Positions 21,764 through 31,069 of a stretch of DNA of 64,000 nt are shown here, one piece after another. The notes under the pieces were generated by a model. That model saw only the letters and a program-made list of their open reading frames with translations. It was not told where the DNA came from and did no database searches. The translations under genes were made by a program, and so were the position numbers. The stretch's first letter is position 1. Each line of letters opens with the position of its first letter. This stretch comes from Candidatus Eremiobacteria bacterium (lineage in GTDB: Bacteria > Vulcanimicrobiota > Vulcanimicrobiia > Vulcanimicrobiales > Vulcanimicrobiaceae). The stretch spans positions 1,152,001-1,216,000 of the forward strand of contig CAVTRC010000001.1 of the NCBI GenBank assembly GCA_963737065.1, read 5' to 3'.

Positions 21764-23626
21764 CTAGTGGCCTTTCCGCGTGCGAAGCATGCGATAGTCC
21801 CCGCTGCGTACGGTAATTCCACGCCCGTCGAACCACTCCAGCAGCGGCACCGCGTACTTGCGTGACGTACCGAGGAGGTCGCGAAAATCCGCCATCGTCA
21901 TGCGCCCGTTACGCTCGATGAACGATTGCACGTGGTGATGGATTTGCTCGATCTGCGATCCGCGATACAGCGCTTCGCCCACGCGAACGAGTACGCCGCG
22001 TACGAGCAATGTCTCGAACGCCTTCGGCAAGCCCGCAGATGCGCCGGCCTTCGCAGCATCGGAGACTGCGTTGAAATCCGCGGGAACGAACGGGGCGGCG
22101 GGATCGAACGGAACGACCCGGTCGAAAAACGCACGCTGTTCGTTGCTGAGCCTCGGCACGTGTTCCGTCGCCGCGTAGTACCCGCCGCGATGCGCAAGAC
22201 GACCCTCTTCCACGAACGCGGCGAGCAAACGAATCAGCGTCTTTTCGTCGCGCTGCATCGCGCGCGCAAGCGCGAGCGACGTCATCCCGCTCGACCACGG
22301 TTCGCGTTCGTGCGACGACGAGAGAACGGCAAGTATCGCGTCGAGTTGCGCTTGCGCAACGCCGGCCGACAAGTACGCTTCGGGACGCAATACCTTCATC
22401 GCTTCGGCGTTTTCGATCAGTGTCGCGAGCGCGCGTTGTACCGCATCTTCACGAAGATTCGTCGCAAACGCGATCTCGCGCACTTCGACCGGATCGCTTC
22501 GTCGTTCGCTCAGCGCTTCGAGTACGGTACCGAGCGCTGGATCACCAATCTCGAGTGCCGATGCGCCAGATTGCAAGCCGATGATTTCGCCGCCGCCAAG
22601 CAGCGCCTTCGGCGAAACGCGTCGCACAACGAAGTGCACGCCCGGAAACGCAAGCACCGGCGTCTTGAGAAACAATTCGCCGCGTAGCGTTTCAACGCGC
22701 TCTGGGGCACGTGGCAGCACCAGCGTTCCGAGTACTTCGGCCGAACCGATATGCGTGCGCACCGGCGTACGGCGTTTCAATGTGGCGATCGCTTCATCGA
22801 GCGGCGTAAACGACACATCGAACGTCGAGCGCGATTGGAACTGCGGATCGGCGACGACCTCGCCGCGCGCGATCTCGCGCGTTTCGATGCCCGGCACGTT
22901 GATCGCAACACGCGTTCCGCCGAACACTTCGTCTCGCGCTTGACCGAAGACCTGAATGCTGCGAACGCGAGCGGGCGCGCCGAGGGGCTCGATTGCGAGC
23001 GTGTCCCCTGTTTTGATGCGTCCTTGCATCAACGTTCCGGTTACGATCGTGCCTCGCCCCGCTAACGAGAAGACACGGTCGACCGGCATATAGACCGGTG
23101 CATCGGCGTCGCGCGGCTGCAGCGCTGCAAGTTCGAAGTTCAAGCCAATTTTCAGCACGTCGAGGTTTTCGCCGGTAACGACTGAGACGGCGAAAATCGG
23201 CGCGTTCTCGGCGATCGTGCCCTTTAACTCTCCGTGCACCGCACGGCAAACGTCGCCTTTGCGTTCCGGGGAAATGAGGTCCATCTTCGTCAGCGCCACG
23301 ACGATACGGCGCACGTTCAAATACCGCAGAATCTGCAAGTGCTCGACGGTTTGCGGCATCACGCCCTCGGGCGCCGCGATAACGAGCAGCAGCAGCTCCA
23401 TTCCCGCGGCGCCGGCCAACATGTTGTGCAGAAAACGGGCATGCCCGGGAACGTCCACGATACCGGCTTCGCTGCCGTCGGCGAACTCCAAGCGCGCAAA
23501 ACCAAGATCGAGCGTCATCCCGCGCACTTGCTCCTCGATCCAACGATCGGGGTTCGTTCCCGTTAATGCGGTAACGAGCGACGATTTGCCGTGATCAACG
23601 TGCCCCGCCGTACCGATGATGTGCAT
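21764..23626 (-). CDS. selB: Selenocysteine-specific elongation factor SelB
   Basis: GTAGHVDHGKS, RGMTLDLGF, C-terminal FRDLLGTSRKYAVPLLEWFD winged helix. Confidence 0.96.
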   Translation of the reverse strand: MHIIGTAGHVDHGKSSLVTALTGTNPDRWIEEQVRGMTLDLGFARLEFADGSEAGIVDVPGHARFLHNMLAGAAGMELLLLVIAAPEGVMPQTVEHLQILRYLNVRRIVVALTKMDLISPERKGDVCRAVHGELKGTIAENAPIFAVSVVTGENLDVLKIGLNFELAALQPRDADAPVYMPVDRVFSLAGRGTIVTGTLMQGRIKTGDTLAIEPLGAPARVRSIQVFGQARDEVFGGTRVAINVPGIETREIARGEVVADPQFQSRSTFDVSFTPLDEAIATLKRRTPVRTHIGSAEVLGTLVLPRAPERVETLRGELFLKTPVLAFPGVHFVVRRVSPKALLGGGEIIGLQSGASALEIGDPALGTVLEALSERRSDPVEVREIAFATNLREDAVQRALATLIENAEAMKVLRPEAYLSAGVAQAQLDAILAVLSSSHEREPWSSGMTSLALARAMQRDEKTLIRLLAAFVEEGRLAHRGGYYAATEHVPRLSNEQRAFFDRVVPFDPAAPFVPADFNAVSDAAKAGASAGLPKAFETLLVRGVLVRVGEALYRGSQIEQIHHHVQSFIERNGRMTMADFRDLLGTSRKYAVPLLEWFDGRGITVRSGDYRMLRTRKGH

Positions 23627-24966
23627 TACGAAAGCAAATCGAAGAACGCAGCGATGATCTCGCGATCTTGATCGGGGGCGACGGTTCGCATGTCGAGCAG
23701 CACGCGTCCGTCCGCGATCCGGGCGACGATCGGTACGCGCCATGCGCGTAGGCGTTGCGCGAGTTGTTGCGCGTGCGGAGTCGTAACTGCGACGACGATC
23801 GAGGCGATCCGTGCGTGCGGCAGCGAGCCGCCGCCGACGAACCCGTCGCACCCAACGACGCTCGCATTCGCGATGGTCGCGGCAATGCGTTGCGCGCGTT
23901 CGCGCAATACGTCGAGCGGCGTGGAAAGCATCTTCAAGAGCGGTATCGATTGACGTGCCTGCGTGTTCCGATACAATCGTAGCGTCTGCGCAAGCAATGC
24001 AAGCATAACCTTATCGACGCGCAACGCGCGAACGAGCGGATTGCTGCGCAAGCGCGCAACGGCCCATCGTTCGCCTGCGACGATTCCCGCTTGCGGTCCT
24101 CCGAGCAACTTATCACCGGAACACGCAACGAGCGATAAGCCATCAGCGATTGCTTCTTGCAGCGTTCGTTCGTGCGGCAAGCCGTATTCCGCCAGATCGA
24201 CGAGGGCGCCGGTGCCCAAATCCTCGACGCTCGGAACGCCGGCGCGTTTCCCAAGCGCCGCAACGTCCGCGCCCGAGACATCCGCAATGAATCCCTCGAG
24301 CGAAAAGTTCGAGCGGTGCGAACGAAACAGCAACGCCGTGTGCGGCGTGAGCGCGCGTTCGTAGTCCGAGACGTATACTTTATTGGTCGCGCCGATTTCG
24401 ACGAGGCGGGCGCCGCTGCGTGCGAGGACGTCGGGAAGACGGAATCCACCGCCGACTTCGATCAATTGATTGCGAGCAATCACGACTTCCGCGCCACGTG
24501 CGAACGTGTCGAGAATCAATAGAATTGCCGCCGCGCAATTGTTGACGACGATCGCGTCTTGCGCACCGGTCAGCTCGCAGAGAATGGCCGTCGCGTGGTC
24601 GTAGCGCGAACCACGCTCGCCCGCGACGAGGTCGAACTCGACATTCGAATATCCGCGGCTCACGCTCCACGCGTGTACGAATGCCGACTCCGCGATCGGC
24701 GCGCGGCCGAGATTCGTGTGCAGCAGCGTTCCTGTCGCGTTGATGACGTTGCGCAGCTCTGCCGCGGCCGTTCTGTCGATCCGCTCCACCACGCGCTCGA
24801 CGATGAGATCGAGCGGCACGCCGTCGCGATCGGCGCGCACGCGATCGAGTTCTGCGCCGACCGCCGCGCGCAAAGCGACGCGCCCCACGATGTGCTCGTA
24901 GGGCGCGACGGCGGGATGCTCGAGGACGGTATGCACCGCGGGCACGCCGCGGAACGCTGAAGCCAC
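23626..24966 (-). CDS. selA: L-seryl-tRNA(Sec) selenium transferase SelA
   Basis: VINATGTLLHTNLGRAP, VEDLGTG, SGDKLLGGPQAG; stop overlaps selB start (TAATG). Confidence 0.96.
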   Translation of the reverse strand: MASAFRGVPAVHTVLEHPAVAPYEHIVGRVALRAAVGAELDRVRADRDGVPLDLIVERVVERIDRTAAAELRNVINATGTLLHTNLGRAPIAESAFVHAWSVSRGYSNVEFDLVAGERGSRYDHATAILCELTGAQDAIVVNNCAAAILLILDTFARGAEVVIARNQLIEVGGGFRLPDVLARSGARLVEIGATNKVYVSDYERALTPHTALLFRSHRSNFSLEGFIADVSGADVAALGKRAGVPSVEDLGTGALVDLAEYGLPHERTLQEAIADGLSLVACSGDKLLGGPQAGIVAGERWAVARLRSNPLVRALRVDKVMLALLAQTLRLYRNTQARQSIPLLKMLSTPLDVLRERAQRIAATIANASVVGCDGFVGGGSLPHARIASIVVAVTTPHAQQLAQRLRAWRVPIVARIADGRVLLDMRTVAPDQDREIIAAFFDLLS

Positions 24967-24987
24967 CGCGTTACGCCATGGTGTCGG

Positions 24988-25314
24988 TTATGCTACGTGC
25001 TTGGCGAGCATCGACGAGATGACGTTCTCGGGAACGTATCCAACGATGCGGTCGACGGGCTGGCCGTCTTTGAACAGAATCAAGCACGGAATGCCGGAGA
25101 CCTGATACTGCCCGGCGATGCTTGGGTTTTCGTCGGTATTCAACTTCACGAACTTCGCTTTGCCGGAGTTCGCCGAAGCGACCTTCTCGACGACGGGCGA
25201 AAGCATGCGGCACGGGCCACACCACGGTGCCCAGAAATCCACGAGAACGGGCTGCGATGCGCCCAACACTTCGTTCTGAAAGTTCCCTTGCGTAACGTCT
25301 GGCAATGCGCTCAT
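24988..25314 (-). CDS. trxA: Thioredoxin
   Basis: VDFWAPWCGPC; GGAGG SD upstream. Confidence 0.97.
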   Translation of the reverse strand: MSALPDVTQGNFQNEVLGASQPVLVDFWAPWCGPCRMLSPVVEKVASANSGKAKFVKLNTDENPSIAGQYQVSGIPCLILFKDGQPVDRIVGYVPENVISSMLAKHVA

Positions 25315-25467
25315 GAGTGTTTGAATACTACCTCCGCTTACTCCAACCCGGGAGTGACCATGCAGGTTCCGACCTGGCGGAGGCGGTGGAAGCCTTTCCA
25401 GTCCTAGGCACGGATACCCGAAGGGTGCTTAAGCACGTGAGGGTCCCCGTAACGACGGAATGGGAAG
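25282..25467 (+). ncRNA. ssrS: Probable 6S RNA
   Basis: ~186-nt rod: TTCCC/GGGAA closing stem, CTCATG..TGTTTGA pairs with TTAAGCA.CGTGAG, pyrimidine-rich central bubble, inner stems AGGTTCC/GGAAGCCT, hairpin TACCCGAAGGGTG in the 3' bubble strand. G-U wobbles work only on the + strand. Confidence 0.7.
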
Positions 25468-25469
25468 GT

Positions 25470-27971
25470 TTACACCAGCTCCGCTGGCTCGCCCGTGATG
25501 CCGGTGACCTGTTCCGCTTGTTTCCCGAGGTTCGTAATTGCAATCACTTCGTTGCCTTCGCCGAGCCGCTGCAAGCGCACACCCTTCGTCGAGCGTCCCG
25601 CCCTGCGAATGTCGCGCACCTTGAGGCGGATCACTTGGTTGCCGCTCGTAATCATCAAGACTTCGTCGTCGGGCGAGACCATGATCTGGTCGACGACCTG
25701 ACCGATGTCCTCACGCTCGCGCGCAAACGCTTTGACGCCCTTGCCGCCGCGCGACGTATGACGGTAGTCGTCGATGGGCGTACGCTTACCGAACGCCTGC
25801 GACGTCACGAGCAGCACTTCTGTGCGTTCCGGCTCGATCACGTCCATCGCGACGATCGTGTCGCTGTCGTCGAGCGTCATGGCTTTCACGCCGCGCGCAT
25901 TGCGCCCCATCGGGCGAACGTGTTTCTCGTTGAAGTGGACGGCCATGCCTTGCGTCGATGCGAGGATGATGTCGCGCGTACCGTCCGAAAGATCGACCGC
26001 GAGCAGCTCGTCGCGGTCATCGAGATTGATCGCATTGAGGCCGTTCCGGCGAACGTTGGCAAACTCGGCAAGCGGCGTCTTCTTGATCACGCCTTGCTTC
26101 GTGATCATCACCATGAAGCGCCCGTCGACGAATTCGTGAATCGGGAAGACCGCGGTTACGTATTCGCCCGGCGGCAGGGTGAGCAGATTGACAAGCGCCG
26201 TTCCACGCGCCGTACGCGTCGTGTCGGGAATTTCATAACCACGCAAGCGATACGCGCGGCCCTTGTTCGTGAAGAACAGCACGTGATCGTGCGTCTTCGT
26301 CACAAAGAAGTTTCGCACGACGTCCTCGCGCTTTAGATTCGCGATACCGGTGACGCCGCGTCCGCCGCGGCTCTGCGTGCGGAACGTGTCGAGCGAAACG
26401 CGCTTGATGTAGCCGCCGACCGTGTACGTCACCACGACGTCGACGTTCGGAACGAGCTGCTCCATCGAGATCTCGTCTTCGGCCGGATGCACTTCCGTGC
26501 GCCGCTCATCGCCGAAGCGCTTTTTCAGATCGACCGTTTCGGTCCTGACGATGCCCGCGATACGGCGCGGGCTTTTCAGGATGTCTTGCAGTTCCGCAAT
26601 GACCTTGATCAGCTGCGCGTACTCGTCCTCGATCTTCTGCCGTTCGAGTCCAACCAGCGTGCGCAGACGCATGTCGACGATCGCTTGCGCTTGAATGTCC
26701 GAAAGTCCGAACCGCGACGACAGTTTCGTCTTCGCTTCGTCGGTCGTCTGGCTGCCGCGCACGATTTCGATGACTTCGTCGATGTTGTCGAGCGCGATGC
26801 GGTAGCCTTCGAGAAGATGCGCGCGTTCCTCCGCCTTGCGCAACTCATAACGCGTGCGGCGCGTGACGACGTCTTTGCGATAGGCGATGAAGTGCTCGAG
26901 CAATTGTTTGAGAGTGAGCACTTGCGGCTCGAGCGGGGTTGATCCGTTGGCCCGCGGCTCGCCGACCGGCACGAGCGCCAGCATATTGAAGCCGAAGCTC
27001 GACTGCAGCGGCGTGTGCTTGAAGAGCTGATTGAGCACGACTTTCGGCGTCGCGCTTTTCTGCAGCTCGACGACGACGCGCATGCCTTTGCGATTCGACT
27101 CATCGTGCAGCGCGGAGATACCTTGAATGCGTTTCTCCGCGTGCGCTTCGGCGATGGACTCGACGATACGGTTTTGATAAACCTGATACGGAATTTCCGA
27201 GATGATGATCTTGTGCTTGCCTTTTTCCTCGACGATCTCGGCCTTGCCGCGCATCGTGATTGAACCGCGTCCCGTTTTGTACGCTTCGCGGATCGCCTCG
27301 GTTCCGAGAATCTCACCGCCGGTCGGGAAGTCGGGACCTTTGACGACATCGCATAGTTCGTCGTCCGTCGCGTCCGGATTGTCGATCAGCAACGCGATTG
27401 CATCCGCAATCTCTCCGAGATTGTGCGGCGGAATGTTCGTCGCCATGCCGACCGCGATACCGCTCGAACCGTTGACGAGCAACTGCGGCAGCTTGCCGGG
27501 AAGAACCGTCGGTTCCGTTCCTTGGTTGTCGAAGTTTGCAACGAACGGAACCGTCTCTTTTTCGATGTCGGTCAGTAGTTCGAGCGAAAGCCGTCCGAGA
27601 CGCGCCTCCGTATAACGGTACGCTGCCGGCGGATCGGGAAAAATCGAGCCGAAGTTGCCGTGGCCGTCGACGAGCGGGTATCGCAGCGTGAAGTCCTGCG
27701 CCATCCGCACGAGCGCATCATAAACCGAGCCGTCACCGTGAGGGTGATAGCTCTTGAGTACCTCGCCGATGATGCCGGCGCACTTGCGGTGTTGCTTCGT
27801 CGGGTCCATTCCCATGTCGCGCATCGCGTAGAGGATGCGCCGCTGCACGGGCTTGAGACCATCGCGCACGTCAGGCAGCGCGCGCGAAGCGATGACGGAC
27901 ATCGCATAGGAGAGGTAGCTCTCCCGCATCTCGTCTTCGACGTTTACTGATTGGACGATATCGTTGTTCAT
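25470..27971 (-). CDS. gyrA: DNA gyrase subunit A
   Basis: [31 protein letters not shown] catalytic Tyr, GyrA-box QSRGGRG. Confidence 0.97.
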   Translation of the reverse strand: MNNDIVQSVNVEDEMRESYLSYAMSVIASRALPDVRDGLKPVQRRILYAMRDMGMDPTKQHRKCAGIIGEVLKSYHPHGDGSVYDALVRMAQDFTLRYPLVDGHGNFGSIFPDPPAAYRYTEARLGRLSLELLTDIEKETVPFVANFDNQGTEPTVLPGKLPQLLVNGSSGIAVGMATNIPPHNLGEIADAIALLIDNPDATDDELCDVVKGPDFPTGGEILGTEAIREAYKTGRGSITMRGKAEIVEEKGKHKIIISEIPYQVYQNRIVESIAEAHAEKRIQGISALHDESNRKGMRVVVELQKSATPKVVLNQLFKHTPLQSSFGFNMLALVPVGEPRANGSTPLEPQVLTLKQLLEHFIAYRKDVVTRRTRYELRKAEERAHLLEGYRIALDNIDEVIEIVRGSQTTDEAKTKLSSRFGLSDIQAQAIVDMRLRTLVGLERQKIEDEYAQLIKVIAELQDILKSPRRIAGIVRTETVDLKKRFGDERRTEVHPAEDEISMEQLVPNVDVVVTYTVGGYIKRVSLDTFRTQSRGGRGVTGIANLKREDVVRNFFVTKTHDHVLFFTNKGRAYRLRGYEIPDTTRTARGTALVNLLTLPPGEYVTAVFPIHEFVDGRFMVMITKQGVIKKTPLAEFANVRRNGLNAINLDDRDELLAVDLSDGTRDIILASTQGMAVHFNEKHVRPMGRNARGVKAMTLDDSDTIVAMDVIEPERTEVLLVTSQAFGKRTPIDDYRHTSRGGKGVKAFAREREDIGQVVDQIMVSPDDEVLMITSGNQVIRLKVRDIRRAGRSTKGVRLQRLGEGNEVIAITNLGKQAEQVTGITGEPAELV

Positions 27972-28019
27972 TCTAAATCCTGCGCCGCACGAACGCGCGA
28001 AAAAACGCAGCTATACGCC

Positions 28020-28060
28020 CCCGCACTGACGTTGCAGTGCGGGACCCCTTTACTTTTTCT
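28020..28060. promoter_or_regulatory. GC-rich hairpin upstream of gyrA (terminator-like on + strand or gyrA leader structure)
   Basis: CCCGCACTG-ACGTTG-CAGTGCGGG followed by a T-rich tract. Confidence 0.4.
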
Positions 28061-28272
28061 GGAGAATTGCTTCTTTAATATATACGGCGTCTGCAGAACG
28101 TCTTCCCACACGGGGATACGCTCATCGTCGACGCTCAGGCGGTCGGGTTCGGCGGCGAAGAAGTCGTCGCGCCTCGCCGATGCGCGCCTTCGCCGCTTTT
28201 GCGTTCGTCTGAATGAGCGCAAGATGGTCTGCAACGGACTGATGGAGCTGCACTGCGAAATCGCCGCTCGAC

Positions 28273-28725
28273 ATGCCGCATCGATTCGCCGCAGCAAGCG
28301 AGCGCACTTTCGAAACGCAGCAAGCATTCGAACACTTTGCGTCCGCGTTCGCGATCACGCTCCGTGCCGGAGACGTGGTCGGTCTTTCGGGCGAGCTAGG
28401 CGCAGGCAAAACGACGTTTGTGCGAGCCGCCGTGCGCGCGCGCCACGGCGAAGATCAAACGTCGAGCCCGACGTTCACGTTTTGGCATCGGTATCAGGGC
28501 GATCCGCCTATCGATCACCTCGATCTCTATCGCATCGAGCATCCGCACGAACTGACCGAGCTCGGCCTCGATGACGCATTCGACGGCAGTTCGATCGTCT
28601 TCATCGAGTGGTGGACGCATGCGCCGCATCTGCTGCCGGAACACCGGTACGAGGTAACGATCGCCGGCGCGGGCGACGGCCCGCGGAGCGTAACGATTCA
28701 CCGACGGCCGGAGGCGACCCCGTGA
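28273..28725 (+). CDS. tsaE: tRNA t6A biosynthesis ATPase TsaE
   Basis: GELGAGKTTF, SSPTFT, HLDLYR, IEW. Confidence 0.95.
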   Translation: MPHRFAAASERTFETQQAFEHFASAFAITLRAGDVVGLSGELGAGKTTFVRAAVRARHGEDQTSSPTFTFWHRYQGDPPIDHLDLYRIEHPHELTELGLDDAFDGSSIVFIEWWTHAPHLLPEHRYEVTIAGAGDGPRSVTIHRRPEATP

Positions 28726-29393
28726 TCGTGCTCGGCTTGGACGGCGCGCTCGGCGGGTTCTCCGCGAGTGTCGCCGTGGACGACGCGATTGCCGCAGCGA
28801 CTTCCGTTGCGGGAAACGTTGCGCTCGAAGCTGGACTCGGGGCCGTGCGCGAGTTGCTGGATGCCGCGAATGTTCCATCGTCGCGGTTAGACCGCATCGC
28901 GGTCGGTGTGGGGCCGGGGACGTTCACGGGGCTCCGCATCACGGTCGCGTATGCAAAGTCGCTCGCGCAAGCGTGGCGCATACCGCTCGCCGGTATTTCG
29001 TCGTTCGACGCGCTGGAATACGGCTGCAGCGACGAACGCGCGCTGAGCGTGGTTGTCGGACGCCCGGGCATCATCTCCGCGCGCTATAGAGAGCGCTCAA
29101 CGCAACGGCGTGCAACCGGCCAGGCAAGCGACGTGCTCGCGCGCATTCTACCGTCGGCCGGTGTGGAACCGCTCGCTGTTCTCGGCGCACCGGAGGACGT
29201 GTTCGCGTCTCTCGCCGAAGCCGGTTTCGTCGTGAAGCGTCGCTCGCCGGCCGTTACGCCACCCGCCGCAGCTCTTGCGCTTGCAGGCGCGCACGCCGCT
29301 GCAGCCGCGAGCCTTCATGAAGTACGCGCCGATTACGGCGAAGCGCCCGCGGCAACCGTTCCGCTCTTTCGGCCGACGCAGCGCACGCGATGA
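28722..29393 (+). CDS. tsaB: tRNA t6A biosynthesis protein TsaB
   Basis: IAVGVGPGTFTGLRI; GTG start overlaps the tsaE stop. Confidence 0.93.
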   Translation: MIVLGLDGALGGFSASVAVDDAIAAATSVAGNVALEAGLGAVRELLDAANVPSSRLDRIAVGVGPGTFTGLRITVAYAKSLAQAWRIPLAGISSFDALEYGCSDERALSVVVGRPGIISARYRERSTQRRATGQASDVLARILPSAGVEPLAVLGAPEDVFASLAEAGFVVKRRSPAVTPPAAALALAGAHAAAAASLHEVRADYGEAPAATVPLFRPTQRTR

Positions 29394-29926
29394 AAGCCGA
29401 ACTGAATCCGTCGTCCGCAGGCACGCCGCAGCGCATGGAGATCGTGCCGATGGCCGCGAGCGACATCTCGCACGTTCTGCGCATTGAACACGCGTCGTTT
29501 TCCACGACGTGGCCCTCCGATGCGTTCTTCAACGAACTGACGACAAACAAGCTCGCGCACTACTACGTGGGACGCATCGACGGCAAGATTATGGCGTACG
29601 GCGGCATCTGGGTGATCTTCGAAGATTCGCACATCACGACGATTGCCGTCGATCCGGAATTTCGCGGGCAGAAATATGGCGAAGTGATGTTGCTCAAACT
29701 CATCGACGAAGCGATCGCGCGCGGCGCGGCGTGGATGACGCTCGAAGTGCGCGAGAGCAACGTTGCGGCGCAGCAGCTCTACCGCAAATACGGATTTACG
29801 ACGGTCACGACGCGCAAGGGCTACTACAGCGACAACAACGAGAACGCCCTCGTCATGTGGGCCGGAAACTTAAAGGGCGATCTCTATCACGCCCGCCTTA
29901 CCGCGCTACGCGCGCGATTTCAGTAG
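29390..29926 (+). CDS. rimI: Ribosomal protein S18 alanine acetyltransferase RimI
   Basis: HITTIAVDPEFRGQKYG, TLEVRESNVAAQQLY, RKGYYSDNNENALVM. Confidence 0.93.
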   Translation: MKAELNPSSAGTPQRMEIVPMAASDISHVLRIEHASFSTTWPSDAFFNELTTNKLAHYYVGRIDGKIMAYGGIWVIFEDSHITTIAVDPEFRGQKYGEVMLLKLIDEAIARGAAWMTLEVRESNVAAQQLYRKYGFTTVTTRKGYYSDNNENALVMWAGNLKGDLYHARLTALRARFQ

Positions 29927-29938
29927 CGGAGCGCGGTT

Positions 29939-30547
29939 CTGCACTTTACCGCTCTCGCGCGACGCGTTCGCGAACATCTCGGTCAAGGGCACCGCTACGA
30001 GCACGTCGTGCGCGTTGCGCGATGCGCGGATATTCTCGCGCAGATTCACGGCCTCAATACGCGCAAGGCGCGTCTTGCGGGCATGCTGCACGATCTCGCG
30101 CGCCTGTATCCGGCGAGACGATTGATCGGTGAATGCGAATTGCGTGGGATGACGATCGATCCCTTCGAACGCGCGAACCCGATCGTGCTGCATGCCCGCC
30201 TCGGCGCGTCGATCGCGCAGGAGAGTTTCGGCGTGCACGATCCCGAGGTGCTTTCCGCCATCCGCAAACATACCGTCGCGGCGGCGGATATGTCACCGCT
30301 CGACTGCGTCGTGTATCTTGCAGATGGATTAGAGCCGGGCCGCAAGTATGCCGAGCGCGGGAAGCTTTGGCGCTTAGCCTGCGCCGATTTACGCGCGGCG
30401 ATGGGCGCGACGATCGCGCACACTTTGGGGTATCTGGAACATCAGGGGCTGCCCGCCGCTCCGCAGACGGTAGCAGCCGCCAAAACATATCAATACGGGC
30501 CCGATGCGCAAGCGCGGGCTTCGCACAGGGGGCTTCGACATCGCTGA
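29939..30547 (+). CDS. yqeK: HD-domain Ap4A hydrolase YqeK (start probably CTG 29939)
   Basis: HRYEHVVRVA, AGMLHDLAR, VLHARLGA, AIRKHT, YLADGLEPGR; upstream of rsfS. Confidence 0.88.
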   Translation: MHFTALARRVREHLGQGHRYEHVVRVARCADILAQIHGLNTRKARLAGMLHDLARLYPARRLIGECELRGMTIDPFERANPIVLHARLGASIAQESFGVHDPEVLSAIRKHTVAAADMSPLDCVVYLADGLEPGRKYAERGKLWRLACADLRAAMGATIAHTLGYLEHQGLPAAPQTVAAAKTYQYGPDAQARASHRGLRHR

Positions 30548-30881
30548 ATTGATCGACGTCGTGCGCGACGCCGCGCTGGACCGCAAGGGCGAAGAGTTCA
30601 CGACCATTGACGTGAGCGGGCGTACGATTCTCGCGGACACGTTTGCCCTGGTGACCGGACGGTCCAAGATTCAAGCGCGTGCGATCGCCGATGCGGTCGT
30701 CGATCGCGCGAAAGCGGAAGGCTTTGCCGTTACACGAGTCGAGGGTTACAACGAAGGCACGTGGATTCTTATCGATCTCGGCCACGTGATCGTCCACGTC
30801 TTTACGGCGGATCAGCGCCAGTTCTACAACCTCGAACGCTTGTGGAGTGAGGTCGAGAAACGCCAGGCACAGTCATCATGA
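30540..30881 (+). CDS. rsfS: Ribosome silencing factor RsfS (start uncertain: ATC 30540, TTG 30549 or ATG 30504)
   Basis: DRKGEE, WILIDLGHVIVHVF, RQFYNLERLW. Confidence 0.95.
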   Translation: MAELIDVVRDAALDRKGEEFTTIDVSGRTILADTFALVTGRSKIQARAIADAVVDRAKAEGFAVTRVEGYNEGTWILIDLGHVIVHVFTADQRQFYNLERLWSEVEKRQAQSS

Positions 30882-31018
30882 GAAAGCGCCGGCGCACCGA
30901 ATACCGCCGGAAGCCGTCCGCGCCCGAGTTCTGGAAGCGAGCGGCAATCTGGATTTTCATTTTTCTCTTTATCTTCAGCGTAGCCGGCGGCGTCATCGCG
31001 TTCAGCGTCAGCCGCTGA
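30878..31018 (+). CDS. Small membrane protein (46 aa, below ORF-track cutoff)
   Basis: MRKRRRTEYRRKPSAPEFWKRAAIWIFIFLFIFSVAGGVIAFSVSR; ATGA overlap with the rsfS stop. Confidence 0.65.
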   Translation: MRKRRRTEYRRKPSAPEFWKRAAIWIFIFLFIFSVAGGVIAFSVSR

Positions 31019-31069
31019 AACCAAGGACCGGCCCGCGCGATAGTAGCTCTCGGAGGTTAACGAAGTAGC

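Noticed and set aside
25315..25469. SRP RNA or a metabolite riboswitch in the gyrA-trxA gap
   Set aside because: CCAGGTCGGAA resembles SRP only partly and lacks GGAAGCAGC; the rod-and-bubble fold fits 6S better.
28060..28274. Small minus-strand gene between gyrA and tsaE
   Set aside because: Needs a frameshift, has no recognisable motif, and its start collides with the tsaE start.
29924..29941. Amber read-through fusing rimI and yqeK (same frame, TAG then 4 codons)
   Set aside because: An SD-backed CTG start explains it more simply, and no pyl genes are seen.
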